Source of the DNA: Pseudomonadota bacterium | GTDB taxonomy: Bacteria; Pseudomonadota; Gammaproteobacteria; Steroidobacterales; Steroidobacteraceae | DNA length: 64,000 bases | Direction of reading: 5' to 3' | Assembly (NCBI GenBank): GCA_023391335.1 | Contig: JAEWBG010000059.1 | Location: forward strand, 504-64,503 | Shown: piece by piece, positions 37,137 to 46,896 of the stretch | How positions within the stretch are numbered: the stretch's first letter is position 1 | How the letters are laid out: each line of letters begins with the position of its first letter | Made by a program: the position numbers and the translations under genes | The notes under the pieces: model-generated | What the model was told of the DNA's origin: nothing | Seen by the model: only the letters and a program-made list of their open reading frames with translations | The model's database searches: none

Positions 37137-38033
37137 ATGAGTAATCCGTTGCCCACAAAAACTGTCCGACAGTGGATTGAATTCGGCGCTGCCAAGTTCG
37201 ATGAGGCGGGGCTATGGTTCGGCCACGGATCCGACAACGCATTCGACGACGCCGCAGAACTCGTGTTCTTCGCTGCCGGATTGCGCCACGAAGAAGCGGA
37301 CTCTGTGTACAACCAGCCGGTCGCGAGCGGCCAAGCAGCTCGCATCAACGAACTCTTCGATCGACGCGTTCGCGAGCGCGTGCCCGCCGCTTACCTCACG
37401 CAGCGGATGTGGTTCGCGGGCCATGAGTTCTATGTCGATGAACGCGTGTTGGTTCCAAGATCTCCGATTGCGGAATTGATTGAGGCGCGATTCGAGCCTT
37501 GGATCGCGAGCGCGCGCATCCATCGACTGTTGGATATCGGTACCGGCTCTGGGTGCATCGCAATTGCGGCGGCTTTGGCGCTGCCCGACGCCCGAGTGGA
37601 TGCGAGCGATATTTCCGCCGATGCGCTCGAGGTCACGAAGATGAATATTGCGCGCTACGGACTCGAAGGGCGCGTGAGTGCCATTCAGTCCGATGTGTTC
37701 GATGGGCTTGGGTCAGCTCGCTACGACGTCATCGTCTCCAACCCTCCCTACGTGGGTGATGACGAGATGGCTTCCCTTCCGCACGAATACACGCGTGAGC
37801 CGCGCTTGGCGTTGCATTCCGGGGTCGATGGTTTGGATATCACACGTCGAATCCTGCAGGGCGCTCGCGAACATCTGACTGCCGGTGGAATCTTGATCGT
37901 CGAAGTCGGCAACTCTGAAGTCGCCTTGGAAGAAGCGTATCCCGAGGTGCCCTTTACCTGGCTCGAGTTCGAACGCGGCGGCGGCGGAGTGTTCGTGCTG
38001 ATGGCGGACCAGCTGGAAGCTAGTGACTGGTGA
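37137..38033 (+). CDS. prmB: 50S ribosomal protein L3 N5-glutamine methyltransferase
   Basis: The SAM block LDIGTGSGCIAIAAA and the catalytic VSNPPYV are present. It lies upstream of aroC, as in E. coli. The last four codons (ASDW) and the TGA lie inside family B repeat units. Confidence 0.8.
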   Translation: MSNPLPTKTVRQWIEFGAAKFDEAGLWFGHGSDNAFDDAAELVFFAAGLRHEEADSVYNQPVASGQAARINELFDRRVRERVPAAYLTQRMWFAGHEFYVDERVLVPRSPIAELIEARFEPWIASARIHRLLDIGTGSGCIAIAAALALPDARVDASDISADALEVTKMNIARYGLEGRVSAIQSDVFDGLGSARYDVIVSNPPYVGDDEMASLPHEYTREPRLALHSGVDGLDITRRILQGAREHLTAGGILIVEVGNSEVALEEAYPEVPFTWLEFERGGGGVFVLMADQLEASDW

Positions 38034-38234
38034 CTAGTGACTAGCGGATAGGAAGCCGATCCGGAGGGTAGATGGGATGATTCCTCGTAATCTCAGATTG
38101 GAAATCGAGTTACTGATGGCATGAGCTCGCCATTGATAGCCCCTCCGAGTTCACCCTGCAGCTGCGGATAGCGGCTAGAATGCCGCGCATCTTGGATCTC
38201 CTAGTCACTATCCGCTAGTCACTAGTCACTTCTC
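38016..38234. repeat. Family B palindromic element spanning the prmB 3' end to 6 nt before the aroC ATG
   Basis: The left arm is GAAGCTA-GTGACTG-GTGACTA-GTGACTA-GCGGATA-GGAAG, with units at 38023, 38030, 38037 and 38044. The right arm is CTCCTAGTCAC-TATCCGC-TAGTCAC-TAGTCAC-TTCTC (38198-38234). An extra internal GCGGATAGCGGCTAG lies at 38164-38178. Confidence 0.9.
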
Positions 38235-38240
38235 ATACCC

Positions 38241-39341
38241 ATGTCCGGCAACACCTTCGGCACCTTATTCACAGTGACAACCTTCGGCGAGAGCCACGGG
38301 CCAGCGCTCGGGTGCATCGTCGATGGATGTCCTCCTGGGATGGAGCTGTCGGAAGCAGATATCCAACCGGATCTGGAGCGGCGTCGCACCGGTACCTCGC
38401 GTCACACGAGTCAGCGTAAAGAGCCGGACCAAGTCAAAATTCTTTCCGGTGTGTTCGAGGGCAGGACGACGGGAACGCCGATCGGCTTGTTGATCGAGAA
38501 CGAAGACCAGCGTTCGCGCGACTACGAAAAGATCAAGGATCGGTTTCGCCCCGGGCACGCCGATTACACGTATCAGCAGAAATATGGCTTTCGCGACTAT
38601 CGCGGCGGTGGGCGTTCGTCGGCGCGCGAAACCGCGATGCGAGTGGCCGCGGGCGCGATTGCACGCAAGTATCTGCGCGAACGGTTGGGCGTTTCGATCT
38701 TCGGTTATCTCGCACAGCTGGGTCCGCTGCGTCTAGATCCGATCGACTTGACCGCCGTGTACGACAATCCCTTCTTCAGCCCGGATCCGTCGCGCAACGA
38801 AGAACTTGAAAACTACATGATCAACCTGCGTCGCGAGGGGGATTCCGTCGGCGCACGCGTCAATGTGGTCGCCACTGGAGTACCGCCTGGACTGGGTGAG
38901 CCGGTGTTCGATCGTCTCGATGCCGACATCGCGTACGCGATGATGAGCATCAATGCAGTGAAGGGCGTAGAGATTGGGGCGGGGTTTGCCTCAGTCGAAC
39001 AAAAAGGCAGCCAGCACCGCGATGAGCTCACGCCGACGGGATTCAAAACTAACAACGCGGGCGGCGTGCTAGGCGGCATTAGCTCGGGACAGGACATCCT
39101 CGTCAGCATTGCGCTCAAGCCCACCTCGAGCATCATCATCCCGGGCCAGAGCATCGATCTGGACGGCAATTCGGTCGAGGTCGTTACGACAGGGCGTCAC
39201 GATCCTTGTGTGGGACTGAGAGCAACGCCGATTGCTGAAGCGATGCTGGCGCTGGTGTTGATGGATCACTATCTGCGGCACCGCGCGCAGAACGCCGATG
39301 TGAAGAGCGTCACGCCGGTGATTCCCGCACAGACTAAATAA
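38241..39341 (+). CDS. aroC: chorismate synthase
   Basis: [33 protein letters not shown], 366 aa. Confidence 0.95.
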   Translation: MSGNTFGTLFTVTTFGESHGPALGCIVDGCPPGMELSEADIQPDLERRRTGTSRHTSQRKEPDQVKILSGVFEGRTTGTPIGLLIENEDQRSRDYEKIKDRFRPGHADYTYQQKYGFRDYRGGGRSSARETAMRVAAGAIARKYLRERLGVSIFGYLAQLGPLRLDPIDLTAVYDNPFFSPDPSRNEELENYMINLRREGDSVGARVNVVATGVPPGLGEPVFDRLDADIAYAMMSINAVKGVEIGAGFASVEQKGSQHRDELTPTGFKTNNAGGVLGGISSGQDILVSIALKPTSSIIIPGQSIDLDGNSVEVVTTGRHDPCVGLRATPIAEAMLALVLMDHYLRHRAQNADVKSVTPVIPAQTK

Positions 39342-39555
39342 GCACTTCGAGTGTGATCCAGCGCGTGTTTTCGCGCGCAAAAGTTATCTTATGTGCAGTG
39401 TTTATTGTAGTGTTCGGCATCTCTTGCGCCGGGCGCTCTAACGAGTCCCAGTAGGTGCAGAGCGCGGCCGCGGCGATGGCGATCTCACGCGGCGCTTAGA
39501 CGGGTCATTAACCCGCATGTGATCAAGCGATCGGTTTTGCTGTGTTGAGGCACTG

Positions 39556-40578
39556 ATGAGCAAAGGTTGGAATGTGGCCGTGGTCGGTGCGACCGGGCTA
39601 GTGGGCGGCACGATGCTGTCCATTCTCGAGCAACGCAATTTCCCGGTGAATGAAATCTTCCCGCTGGCGAGTTCGCGCTCGGTGGGCAAGACGATTCGTT
39701 TTCGCGGGCGCGATGTGCCGGTGCAGGACCTCGAGACCTTCGATTTCTCTCGCACCCAAATAGGTTTGTTTTCAGCGGGTGCCTCCGTTTCGAAAGTCCA
39801 TGCAGTGCGTGCCGGTCAAGCGGGGTGCGTGGTGGTCGATAACACCTCGCAGTTCCGCTATCAGGACGACGTGCCGCTGGTCGTGACCGAAGTCAATCCG
39901 CATGCAATCGCCGGCTACAAGAAGCACAACATCATCGCGAATCCGAATTGTTCGACGATGCAGATGCTCGTGGCATTGAAGCCGCTGCACGATGCGGCCG
40001 GTATTCAGCGCATCAACGTGTGCACATATCAGTCCGTGTCCGGCGGTGGGCAGAAGGCGATGAATGAACTGACCGAGCAGGTGCAAGCACTTGCGAACGG
40101 CGGTTCGGTGTCTCCGAAGGTGATTGCGAAGCAGATCGCGTACAACGCGGTGCCGCAAATCGACGTGTTCCTCGACAACGGCTACACCAAAGAAGAGATG
40201 AAGATGTTCTGGGAAACGCAAAAGATCCTGGAAGACACATCCATCAAGGTGAATGCGACGGCGGTGCGAGTGCCGGTCTATGTCGGTCACTCGGAGGCTG
40301 TGAATATTGAGACGCGTCGCAAGCTGACGGAAGGACAGGCGCGTGAGCTCTTGGCGAAGATGCCCGGCGTCGTCGTGATCGACGAGAGAAAGCCGGGTGG
40401 TTACCCAACGGCAGTGACGGAAGCGGCAGGGACTGATCCGGTGTACGTCGGGCGAATCAGGGAAGACCTGAGCCACGAGCACGGTCTGAATTTGTGGATC
40501 GTGTCCGATAACGTTCGCAAAGGAGCTGCGCTAAATAGCGTACAGATCGCTGAGATTTTGGTGAAAGATTATTTGTAA
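39556..40578 (+). CDS. asd: aspartate-semialdehyde dehydrogenase
   Basis: The NAD block is VAVVGATGLVGGTM and the active-site Cys block is IIANPNCSTMQMLVAL. 340 aa. Confidence 0.9.
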   Translation: MSKGWNVAVVGATGLVGGTMLSILEQRNFPVNEIFPLASSRSVGKTIRFRGRDVPVQDLETFDFSRTQIGLFSAGASVSKVHAVRAGQAGCVVVDNTSQFRYQDDVPLVVTEVNPHAIAGYKKHNIIANPNCSTMQMLVALKPLHDAAGIQRINVCTYQSVSGGGQKAMNELTEQVQALANGGSVSPKVIAKQIAYNAVPQIDVFLDNGYTKEEMKMFWETQKILEDTSIKVNATAVRVPVYVGHSEAVNIETRRKLTEGQARELLAKMPGVVVIDERKPGGYPTAVTEAAGTDPVYVGRIREDLSHEHGLNLWIVSDNVRKGAALNSVQIAEILVKDYL

Positions 40579-40716
40579 GCTATAGTTGCGCGCGCAAAGT
40601 CAAGAAGCACATGAGCTTTGACTACAGCTCGCGCCTAAGCAAAACGACCCCTAAAAAGGCCCTTGAAGGTCCGGAAATTATCTAGGGACGCTTCGGGACA
40701 TGTATCGGGAGAGCTG

Positions 40717-43584
40717 ATGAGAAGACAACTGCCGCGCCTGCTGCTGACGGGCGCCCTGCTGTCCCCCGCAACGCTTTACGCGCTGGGGTTGGGTGAAATC
40801 CACACGAACTCCGCTTTGAACCAGCCATTCAATGCTGAGATCGAGTTGATTGGGCCCACCGCAGAAGAGCTGTCGTCACTTAAGGTGGGTCTCGCGAGCA
40901 ACGATCTGTTCGCGCGCTACGGCATCGACCGTCCTGCGTTCCTCTCCTCTTTCAATTTCTCGGTGGGTCGCGGGTCTGATGGCCGTCCCACCATCAAAGT
41001 TAGTTCGAATCGTTCGGTTACGGAGCCGTTCGTAACCCTGCTCGTAGAGGCAAGCTGGGGTCGCGGTCGCTTGGTGCGCGAGTACACCGTGCTGCTCGAT
41101 CCGCCGGTGTTCATGCCGTCGCAGCCTCAAGCGGCCCCACCGGTAACCACACCGCGTTCGGGCGCGCAGACCGAAGGTCGGATCGAACGTCAGCCAGCTC
41201 CGGCACCTCAAGCTCCAAGTCCAGAATCGACATCAACGCCGTTACCGGCGCCAGCGCCCGAGAGCGCTCCAGCTGCGGCTGCGCCAAGCGAAACGGTTCC
41301 GAGCGAAAGCGCACTTGGCGGCGAATACTCGGTGCAGCGTAACGACACGCTGTTCAGAATCGCGAGCCGCGTTAACCCAGGCCCGCGTCGCGTCGTCAAC
41401 CAGACGATGATCGCGCTGTTCCGCGCGAATCCTCAGGCTTTCGGCGGCAATATCAATCGTCTGCGTGCCGGTGCCGTGCTGCGAATTCCGGAGATCTCGG
41501 AAATCGAAGCGATCTCCACGCAAGACGCAACGCAAGAAGTCGCTCGTCAAACGCAAGAGTGGAGTGGCGCGCAGCCGACTGAGACGGTGGAAGAAAGCAA
41601 CCGTCTCCGGTTGGTCACACCGGAAGAAGCGCCGACCGCTCCCGCGCCTGCGCCGGCTACCACAGCTCAACCTGAAGCATCGGGCCGAGCGGGTACGACT
41701 ACAGCCCCGAGCCAGGATCGCCGTTTGGGAGTGAATAATCCCGAATTGGCGGGTGCTCAGCAGAACGCTGCGCCGCCTGCACCCGAGGCAGAGACGCCTC
41801 CCGTTACCGAAGAAGCTCCAGCTCCTGTAGCCGAGGAGCCCGCGCCGACTGCCCAAGAGCCTGCGGCCGCACCAGAACAGCAACCCGTGAAGCGGCCGCC
41901 CGCACGTCCAGCGGCGCCACAGCCGGAAGAGCCTTCGCTGATGGAGCGAATCGGCGATTACTGGTGGGTGCTGGTACTGCTCGGCATCGTCGGCGTAATC
42001 GCGCTGATCGCAAACACGATTCGCAAGCGCCGCGAAGAATCGTCCGACTCGCTCGATTCGCTGCCACCGATGAGCTACGAGCCTGCCGTCGAGCGTTCGC
42101 GCCGGGCGGATTCGTTCGCGATGGACAATGACATCGAAGAACCCGTCGCAGCCGACGACGTGGAAGAACCCGCGCCCGTGACCACGCGTCGCGAACCGGC
42201 GCCGCGAGTTCCTGAGCCAGTTGAACCCGCTTACAACAAGGTGGGCGACGACACCCTCAGCAGCGAAACCTCCGTGCGTCTGGACCAGCAAGATGCGCTT
42301 GCGGAAGCCGACTTCCACATGGCGTACGGCTTGTACGATCAGGCCGCCGATCTGGTGAAAATCGCCATCGAGCGCGAACCGGATCGCCGTGATCTGAAAT
42401 TGAAGTTGCTCGAGATCTACTTCGTCTGGGGCAACAAAGAACTGTTCTTGGATACCGCTCGCGATCTGCACTCCACGCGCGATCAGGCGGCGGCCGGCGA
42501 GTGGGACAAGATCGTCATCATGGGCAAGCAGATTGCTCCGGACGATTCGATGTTCAAAGGCGAGTCCGCATCGCCGCATATGGATTTGGTGGACGTCAAC
42601 TTGGAAGGCGGCGAAAACCGCGTCGACGTCGATTTGTTCGCAGAGCCTGCAGCCACGGACGAGCCCGCTGGCTTGGATCTCGAATTCGGCAGCGGTGAGC
42701 ACAAGGTCGCGAGCGACGGCGAGGATTTCGACCTGCTGTTGAATGAAGAAAAGTCAGGTGTCGAAGACGAGCCCACCCGCGAATTGGATCCGCTCGCTCG
42801 TACGCAAGAAACGCCGACGATCGAATCGCCGATTCTCGATAGGGATTCGACCAAATCACGAACGCTGGACAGCAGCGGCGCCGATCAGACTTCTGAGATT
42901 TCACTGGATGATCTCGGTCTCGACGTAGATCAAATGGACCAGTCGGGCGCGTTCGAGGAGACGACCAGTCTGGCGCGCGACACTGGATCCACCGAGATCG
43001 CCCGTCCGATCGCAGACGACGAAATGACCCAGCTGGCTCCATCGCTCAGCAGCATGGATCGCACGATGGAAGCGCCGCGGGTCGAGAAATTCGACATCGA
43101 AAGCACCGGCACCATCTATATCGATCACGTCGATCTATCGGGTGGCGGTGATACGGTTGAGCAGCGGCGTCCGGACGTTGACTCCACGGCATCACTGAAG
43201 CGCCCCAGCACGCTGGATGTGGATCTTGACGACCTTGGGGCTATCGAAACCAACGACACCATTCGTCACGCACGTCCCGATACAGAATTCTCGGACGTGT
43301 TCGATGACAAGGCCTCAGCGGAGCATCACGTCGATTTGGATGTCGGCGAACCTCTTGCTCACGAGGATTCATCGCCGACCAGCACTCGCGACGTGAACGA
43401 GATGGAACTGTCCGAACTCGAACCGGTGACGATGAGCGAAGTGGGGACCAAGCTCGATCTCGCTCGTGCCTACATGGATATGGGCGATCCGGATGGAGCG
43501 CGCAGCATTCTCGAAGAGGTTCTCCAGGAAGGTAATCCTGGTCAGAAGCAAGAAGCGAACCGCCTTCTGGAATCGATTCGCTGA
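40717..43584 (+). CDS. fimV: FimV-like peptidoglycan-binding type IV pilus assembly protein
   Basis: It has a signal-like N-terminus, a LysM block YSVQRNDTLFRIASRV, a long Pro/Ala/Glu-rich linker, a TM segment YWWVLVLLGIVGVIALIA, an acidic region, and the C-terminal FimV motif TKLDLARAYMDMGDPDGARSILEEVLQEG. It sits in asd-fimV-truA synteny. I chose the ATG at 40717. Confidence 0.75.
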   Translation: MRRQLPRLLLTGALLSPATLYALGLGEIHTNSALNQPFNAEIELIGPTAEELSSLKVGLASNDLFARYGIDRPAFLSSFNFSVGRGSDGRPTIKVSSNRSVTEPFVTLLVEASWGRGRLVREYTVLLDPPVFMPSQPQAAPPVTTPRSGAQTEGRIERQPAPAPQAPSPESTSTPLPAPAPESAPAAAAPSETVPSESALGGEYSVQRNDTLFRIASRVNPGPRRVVNQTMIALFRANPQAFGGNINRLRAGAVLRIPEISEIEAISTQDATQEVARQTQEWSGAQPTETVEESNRLRLVTPEEAPTAPAPAPATTAQPEASGRAGTTTAPSQDRRLGVNNPELAGAQQNAAPPAPEAETPPVTEEAPAPVAEEPAPTAQEPAAAPEQQPVKRPPARPAAPQPEEPSLMERIGDYWWVLVLLGIVGVIALIANTIRKRREESSDSLDSLPPMSYEPAVERSRRADSFAMDNDIEEPVAADDVEEPAPVTTRREPAPRVPEPVEPAYNKVGDDTLSSETSVRLDQQDALAEADFHMAYGLYDQAADLVKIAIEREPDRRDLKLKLLEIYFVWGNKELFLDTARDLHSTRDQAAAGEWDKIVIMGKQIAPDDSMFKGESASPHMDLVDVNLEGGENRVDVDLFAEPAATDEPAGLDLEFGSGEHKVASDGEDFDLLLNEEKSGVEDEPTRELDPLARTQETPTIESPILDRDSTKSRTLDSSGADQTSEISLDDLGLDVDQMDQSGAFEETTSLARDTGSTEIARPIADDEMTQLAPSLSSMDRTMEAPRVEKFDIESTGTIYIDHVDLSGGGDTVEQRRPDVDSTASLKRPSTLDVDLDDLGAIETNDTIRHARPDTEFSDVFDDKASAEHHVDLDVGEPLAHEDSSPTSTRDVNEMELSELEPVTMSEVGTKLDLARAYMDMGDPDGARSILEEVLQEGNPGQKQEANRLLESIR

Positions 43585-43594
43585 TTGCTGCGCT

Positions 43595-43696
43595 GGCTAG
43601 AGGCTGGAGGCTATAGGCTGGAGGTAGGCGCACTTCGTGCGCTTCCGGTTTGCTATTCTGACCCCAGCCCCCAGTCTCCCGTCTCCAGCCTCTTCC
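43595..43696. repeat. Family C palindromic element (GGCTGGA heptamers) filling the fimV-truA junction
   Basis: The left arm is GGCTAGA-GGCTGGA-GGCTATA-GGCTGGA-GGTAGG (43595-43628, exact 7-nt phasing). The centre has the hairpin CGCAC-TTC-GTGCG. The right arm is CCCCAGC-CCCCAGT-CTCCCGT-CTCCAGC-CTCTTCC (43662-43696). Confidence 0.85.
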
Positions 43697-43699
43697 CTA

Positions 43700-44509
43700 A
43701 TGCCTCGCATTGCGCTCGGACTTGAATACGACGGCAGCGCCTTCCGCGGCTGGCAAGCACAGGCCGATGCGCTCGGCGTGCAAACTCCTCTCGAACAGGC
43801 CCTCTCGCGGGTGGCCGATCATCCCATTGAAGTGACGGCTGCAGGCCGCACAGACGCGGGCGTTCACGCCAGCATGCAGGTTGTGCATTTCGACACGGAG
43901 TCAGTGCGCACCGCGCGGGGGTGGGTGCTCGGTGCAAACACCAACCTGCCTCCTCAGATCAGCGCCCTGTGGGCTCAGGAAGTGCCTCCTGCTTTTCATG
44001 CTCGCTACAGCGCGTTGGCTCGCCGCTATCGCTACTTGATTCTGAATCGCGGCTCGCGCCCGGCTTTGGATGCCAACCGCGTGTGTTGGATTCGAGATGC
44101 GCTCGATGCGCCGAGGATGCACGAAGCTGCGCAACTCTTGATCGGAGAGCACGATTTCTCTTCGTTTCGCGCAGCCGAGTGCCAAGCGCGAACCCCGATG
44201 CGCTGTGTCTATCGAATCGATGTCACCCGCGAGCGTGAGTTCGTGACGTTGGATGTCACCGCCAACGCGTTCTTACATCACATGGTGCGCAATATCGCTG
44301 GCGTCCTGATTGCGATTGGCGTCGGCGAACGACCGATCGAGTGGGTTGCAGAGGTCTTATCTGCGCGTGATCGCAAACAGGGCGGGGTCACTGCCGCACC
44401 TGGAGGGTTGTACCTCGCCGGGGTTCGCTATGCCGAGTCCCTACGCTTACCCAGTGAGAGCAGCCAATCCTGGGTCGCGGCTTGCCGCGCAAAGCCAGAC
44501 GAAGTATAG
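43700..44509 (+). CDS. truA: tRNA pseudouridine(38-40) synthase
   Basis: MPRIALGLEYDGSAFRGWQ and the catalytic Asp block AAGRTDAGVHA are present. I chose the ATG at 43700. Confidence 0.9.
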   Translation: MPRIALGLEYDGSAFRGWQAQADALGVQTPLEQALSRVADHPIEVTAAGRTDAGVHASMQVVHFDTESVRTARGWVLGANTNLPPQISALWAQEVPPAFHARYSALARRYRYLILNRGSRPALDANRVCWIRDALDAPRMHEAAQLLIGEHDFSSFRAAECQARTPMRCVYRIDVTREREFVTLDVTANAFLHHMVRNIAGVLIAIGVGERPIEWVAEVLSARDRKQGGVTAAPGGLYLAGVRYAESLRLPSESSQSWVAACRAKPDEV

Positions 44510-44585
44510 ATGCGCACTCTTTTGGACCGCCGCAATGCAGGCGTGAGCGGCCCTAAGCTCGTTGAGAAATAAAGGGTTTCGATAG

Positions 44586-45449
44586 ATGACTTGGTTCGAG
44601 AAGATCATGCCTTCGCGTATCAAAACCGAACGCCGAACGCGCTCGGTTCCCGAAGGCTTGTGGATGAAATGCACCGCGTGCGATGCGGTGCTGTATCGCG
44701 CAGAGCTCGAACGCAACATGCATGTGTGTCCGAAATGCGGTCATCACATGCGTATCGGCGGTCGCGAACGCTTGGAGCACTTCCTGGACCCAGAAGGGGC
44801 TGAAGAGCTTGCCGCGAACGTCGAGCCCGAAGATCCGCTGAAGTTTCGCGATACGAAAAAATATCGCGATCGAGTTCTCCAGGCGCAGAAGACCACGCAA
44901 GAACGGGATGCGCTGATCGTGATGAGCGGGACGCTGCACGGGCTGCCGATTGTCGCCTGCGCATTCGAGTTTACTTTCATGGGCGGATCGATGGGTTCGG
45001 TCGTAGGCGAGCGATTCGTGCGTGCGGTCGAACATTGCTTGGAACATCGCAAACCGCTCATCTGCTTTTCTGCAAGCGGCGGTGCCCGGATGCAAGAAGC
45101 GTTGTTGTCGCTCCTGCAGATGGCGAAAACGAGTGCTGCGCTGGCGCGCATGGCCGAAGCGCGCTTGCCCTACATCTCAGTGTTGACTGATCCGACTACG
45201 GGTGGCGTCTCGGCGAGCTTGGCGATGCTCGGCGACGTCAACATCGGCGAGCCTAAAGCGCTGATCGGATTCGCTGGTGCGCGCGTGATTCAGCAGACCG
45301 TTCGCGAGACGCTGCCGGAAGGATTTCAACGCAGCGAATTTCTGTTAGAGCACGGCGCCATCGACATGATCGTGGATCGGCGCGACATGCGCGATCGTAT
45401 CGCGGGCTTGCTGACGATGTTCCTGCAAAAACCCGCACCGCAGGCCTGA
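44586..45449 (+). CDS. accD: acetyl-CoA carboxylase carboxyltransferase subunit beta
   Basis: The zinc ribbon [26 protein letters not shown] is present. 287 aa. Confidence 0.9.
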   Translation: MTWFEKIMPSRIKTERRTRSVPEGLWMKCTACDAVLYRAELERNMHVCPKCGHHMRIGGRERLEHFLDPEGAEELAANVEPEDPLKFRDTKKYRDRVLQAQKTTQERDALIVMSGTLHGLPIVACAFEFTFMGGSMGSVVGERFVRAVEHCLEHRKPLICFSASGGARMQEALLSLLQMAKTSAALARMAEARLPYISVLTDPTTGGVSASLAMLGDVNIGEPKALIGFAGARVIQQTVRETLPEGFQRSEFLLEHGAIDMIVDRRDMRDRIAGLLTMFLQKPAPQA

Positions 45450-45542
45450 TCTGCGCCGCGCGGTTGGGTGGAATTCGTAGGGCTTCGAACCGCGCCGCAG
45501 CAGCATCCGATTGTTCATTCTCAACGAGTTCAGTTCGCTTCC

Positions 45543-46814
45543 ATGAAGCACGCGACGCTTGCGGATTGGCTGTCATGGCAAGAGACGCTTCATCCGAGAG
45601 CGATCGATTTGGGCCTCGAGCGGCTGCAGCGCACGCTTTTGCGTCTTCGCTGGCAGCGTCCGACGTGCCCTGTCATTACGGTAGCGGGCACGAATGGCAA
45701 AGGCTCTACGGTTGCGCTGCTCGCGCGGATCTATGCGGAACAGGGCTATCGGACCGCAACCTTCACGTCACCCCATCTTCTTCAGTACAACGAACGCATT
45801 TGTATCTCCGAGCATCCGGTTTCCGACGAATCGCTCATCGCGACTTTCGAGCGAATCGATGCGGCACGCGAGGATGAGACGCTCACGTTCTTCGAATTCA
45901 ATACGCTCGCTGCACTGTTGATCTTCGAAACCGCTAAGCCGGATCTTGTGATTCTCGAGGTCGGCATGGGGGGGCGGCTTGATGCGGTAAACATCGTCGA
46001 TGCCGACGTGGCAGTGATTACCTCGATCGCCCTGGATCACTGCGAGTGGTTGGGAACTGACGTCGAAGCGATCGGCCGCGAAAAGGCCGGAATCATGAGG
46101 GCCGGGCGGCCTGTGATGTTCGGCGACAGGGCAATGCCCAAGTCGATAACCGCCGTCGCATCCGACGTGGGCGCGGTGCTCTTTCGACTCGGGGCAGAGT
46201 TCGACTGGCAGCGCAATGGCGATGAATGGAATTGGCGCGGACTCGGCACGGCATTCTCGAATCTGCCGCGCCCCGCGTTGCATGGTGAGATTCAATACAA
46301 CAACGCATCCGCAGTGCTGGCGACCATCGCCGCACTTGGAGATCGGTTGCCGGTCGAACCTGCGGCGATTGATCGAGGCCTTCGCACCGTGAACTTGCGG
46401 GGCCGCTTCGAGGCCGTTCCAAATCCCAGAAGTGCCGCGCGATGGATCGTCGATGTCGCTCACAATCCAGCAGCTGCACAGACGCTGGCAGCTCAACTTG
46501 AGCGCGCACCGACTACGGGCCGAACCATTGCGGTGTGCGGAATACTCGGCGACAAGGACGTGGAGGGCGTCGTGGCGACCCTCAAAGATCGCGTTGATGT
46601 GTGGATCGTCTGCAGTCTGGCGAGCGCCAGAGCATTGCCGGTTTCAGATCTCGCTGCCCGATTCGGTTCCGCCGGGGTAACAGTGGCTCATCGAGCGGAT
46701 GATGTTACGAGCGCGTGCGCGATTGCAGAGCGGATAGCGCAGTCCGACGACCGAGTCATCGTGTTTGGGTCTTTCCTGACCGCCGCCGCGGCGATCGAGT
46801 ACTTGGGCCGCTGA
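45543..46814 (+). CDS. folC: bifunctional folylpolyglutamate synthase / dihydrofolate synthase
   Basis: The P-loop ITVAGTNGKGST is present. It sits in accD-folC-dedD synteny. I chose the ATG at 45543. Confidence 0.85.
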   Translation: MKHATLADWLSWQETLHPRAIDLGLERLQRTLLRLRWQRPTCPVITVAGTNGKGSTVALLARIYAEQGYRTATFTSPHLLQYNERICISEHPVSDESLIATFERIDAAREDETLTFFEFNTLAALLIFETAKPDLVILEVGMGGRLDAVNIVDADVAVITSIALDHCEWLGTDVEAIGREKAGIMRAGRPVMFGDRAMPKSITAVASDVGAVLFRLGAEFDWQRNGDEWNWRGLGTAFSNLPRPALHGEIQYNNASAVLATIAALGDRLPVEPAAIDRGLRTVNLRGRFEAVPNPRSAARWIVDVAHNPAAAQTLAAQLERAPTTGRTIAVCGILGDKDVEGVVATLKDRVDVWIVCSLASARALPVSDLAARFGSAGVTVAHRADDVTSACAIAERIAQSDDRVIVFGSFLTAAAAIEYLGR

Positions 46815-46896
46815 AACGCATTCTGTTGAATGGCCTGTCGATAGCGGAGGATAGAAACTCGCATCGAACCCGTGTCGCCCTTTTATACTTCGCGCC

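Noticed and set aside
38077-38124. A 15-codon micro-ORF (MIPRNLRLEIELLMA) in the centre of the prmB-aroC element, preceded by GGAGGG 8 nt upstream.
   Set aside because: No comparable ORF or SD-ATG arrangement exists in the centres of the other family B copies (27620-27731 and 56697-56748), so it is most likely fortuitous.
39342-39555. An unusually AT-rich patch (GTTATCTTATGTGCAGTGTTTATTGTAGTG) and small GC hairpins between aroC and asd, considered as a possible sRNA or foreign insert.
   Set aside because: There is no repeat-family arm, no recognisable RNA motif and no ORF. It is most simply the asd promoter and leader region, and I have no evidence for anything more.
41242-42702. A 486-aa minus-strand ORF inside fimV. 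Similar long antisense ORFs occur at 57216..58328 (inside tig), 62480..63478 (inside lon), 48551..49714 (inside purF) and 39772..40482 (inside asd).
   Set aside because: All lie entirely within well-supported genes on the opposite strand, have Arg/His/Gly-rich composition, and contain no motifs. They are shadow ORFs of a GC-rich genome.
46840-46857. GATAGCGGAGGATAGAAA after the folC stop, resembling the inner end of a family B arm (GCGGATAGCGGATAGAAG).
   Set aside because: It has only about one and a half degenerate units, with no GTGACTA part and no partner arm. It is too short to distinguish from chance without a statistical model, though it may be a decayed arm.
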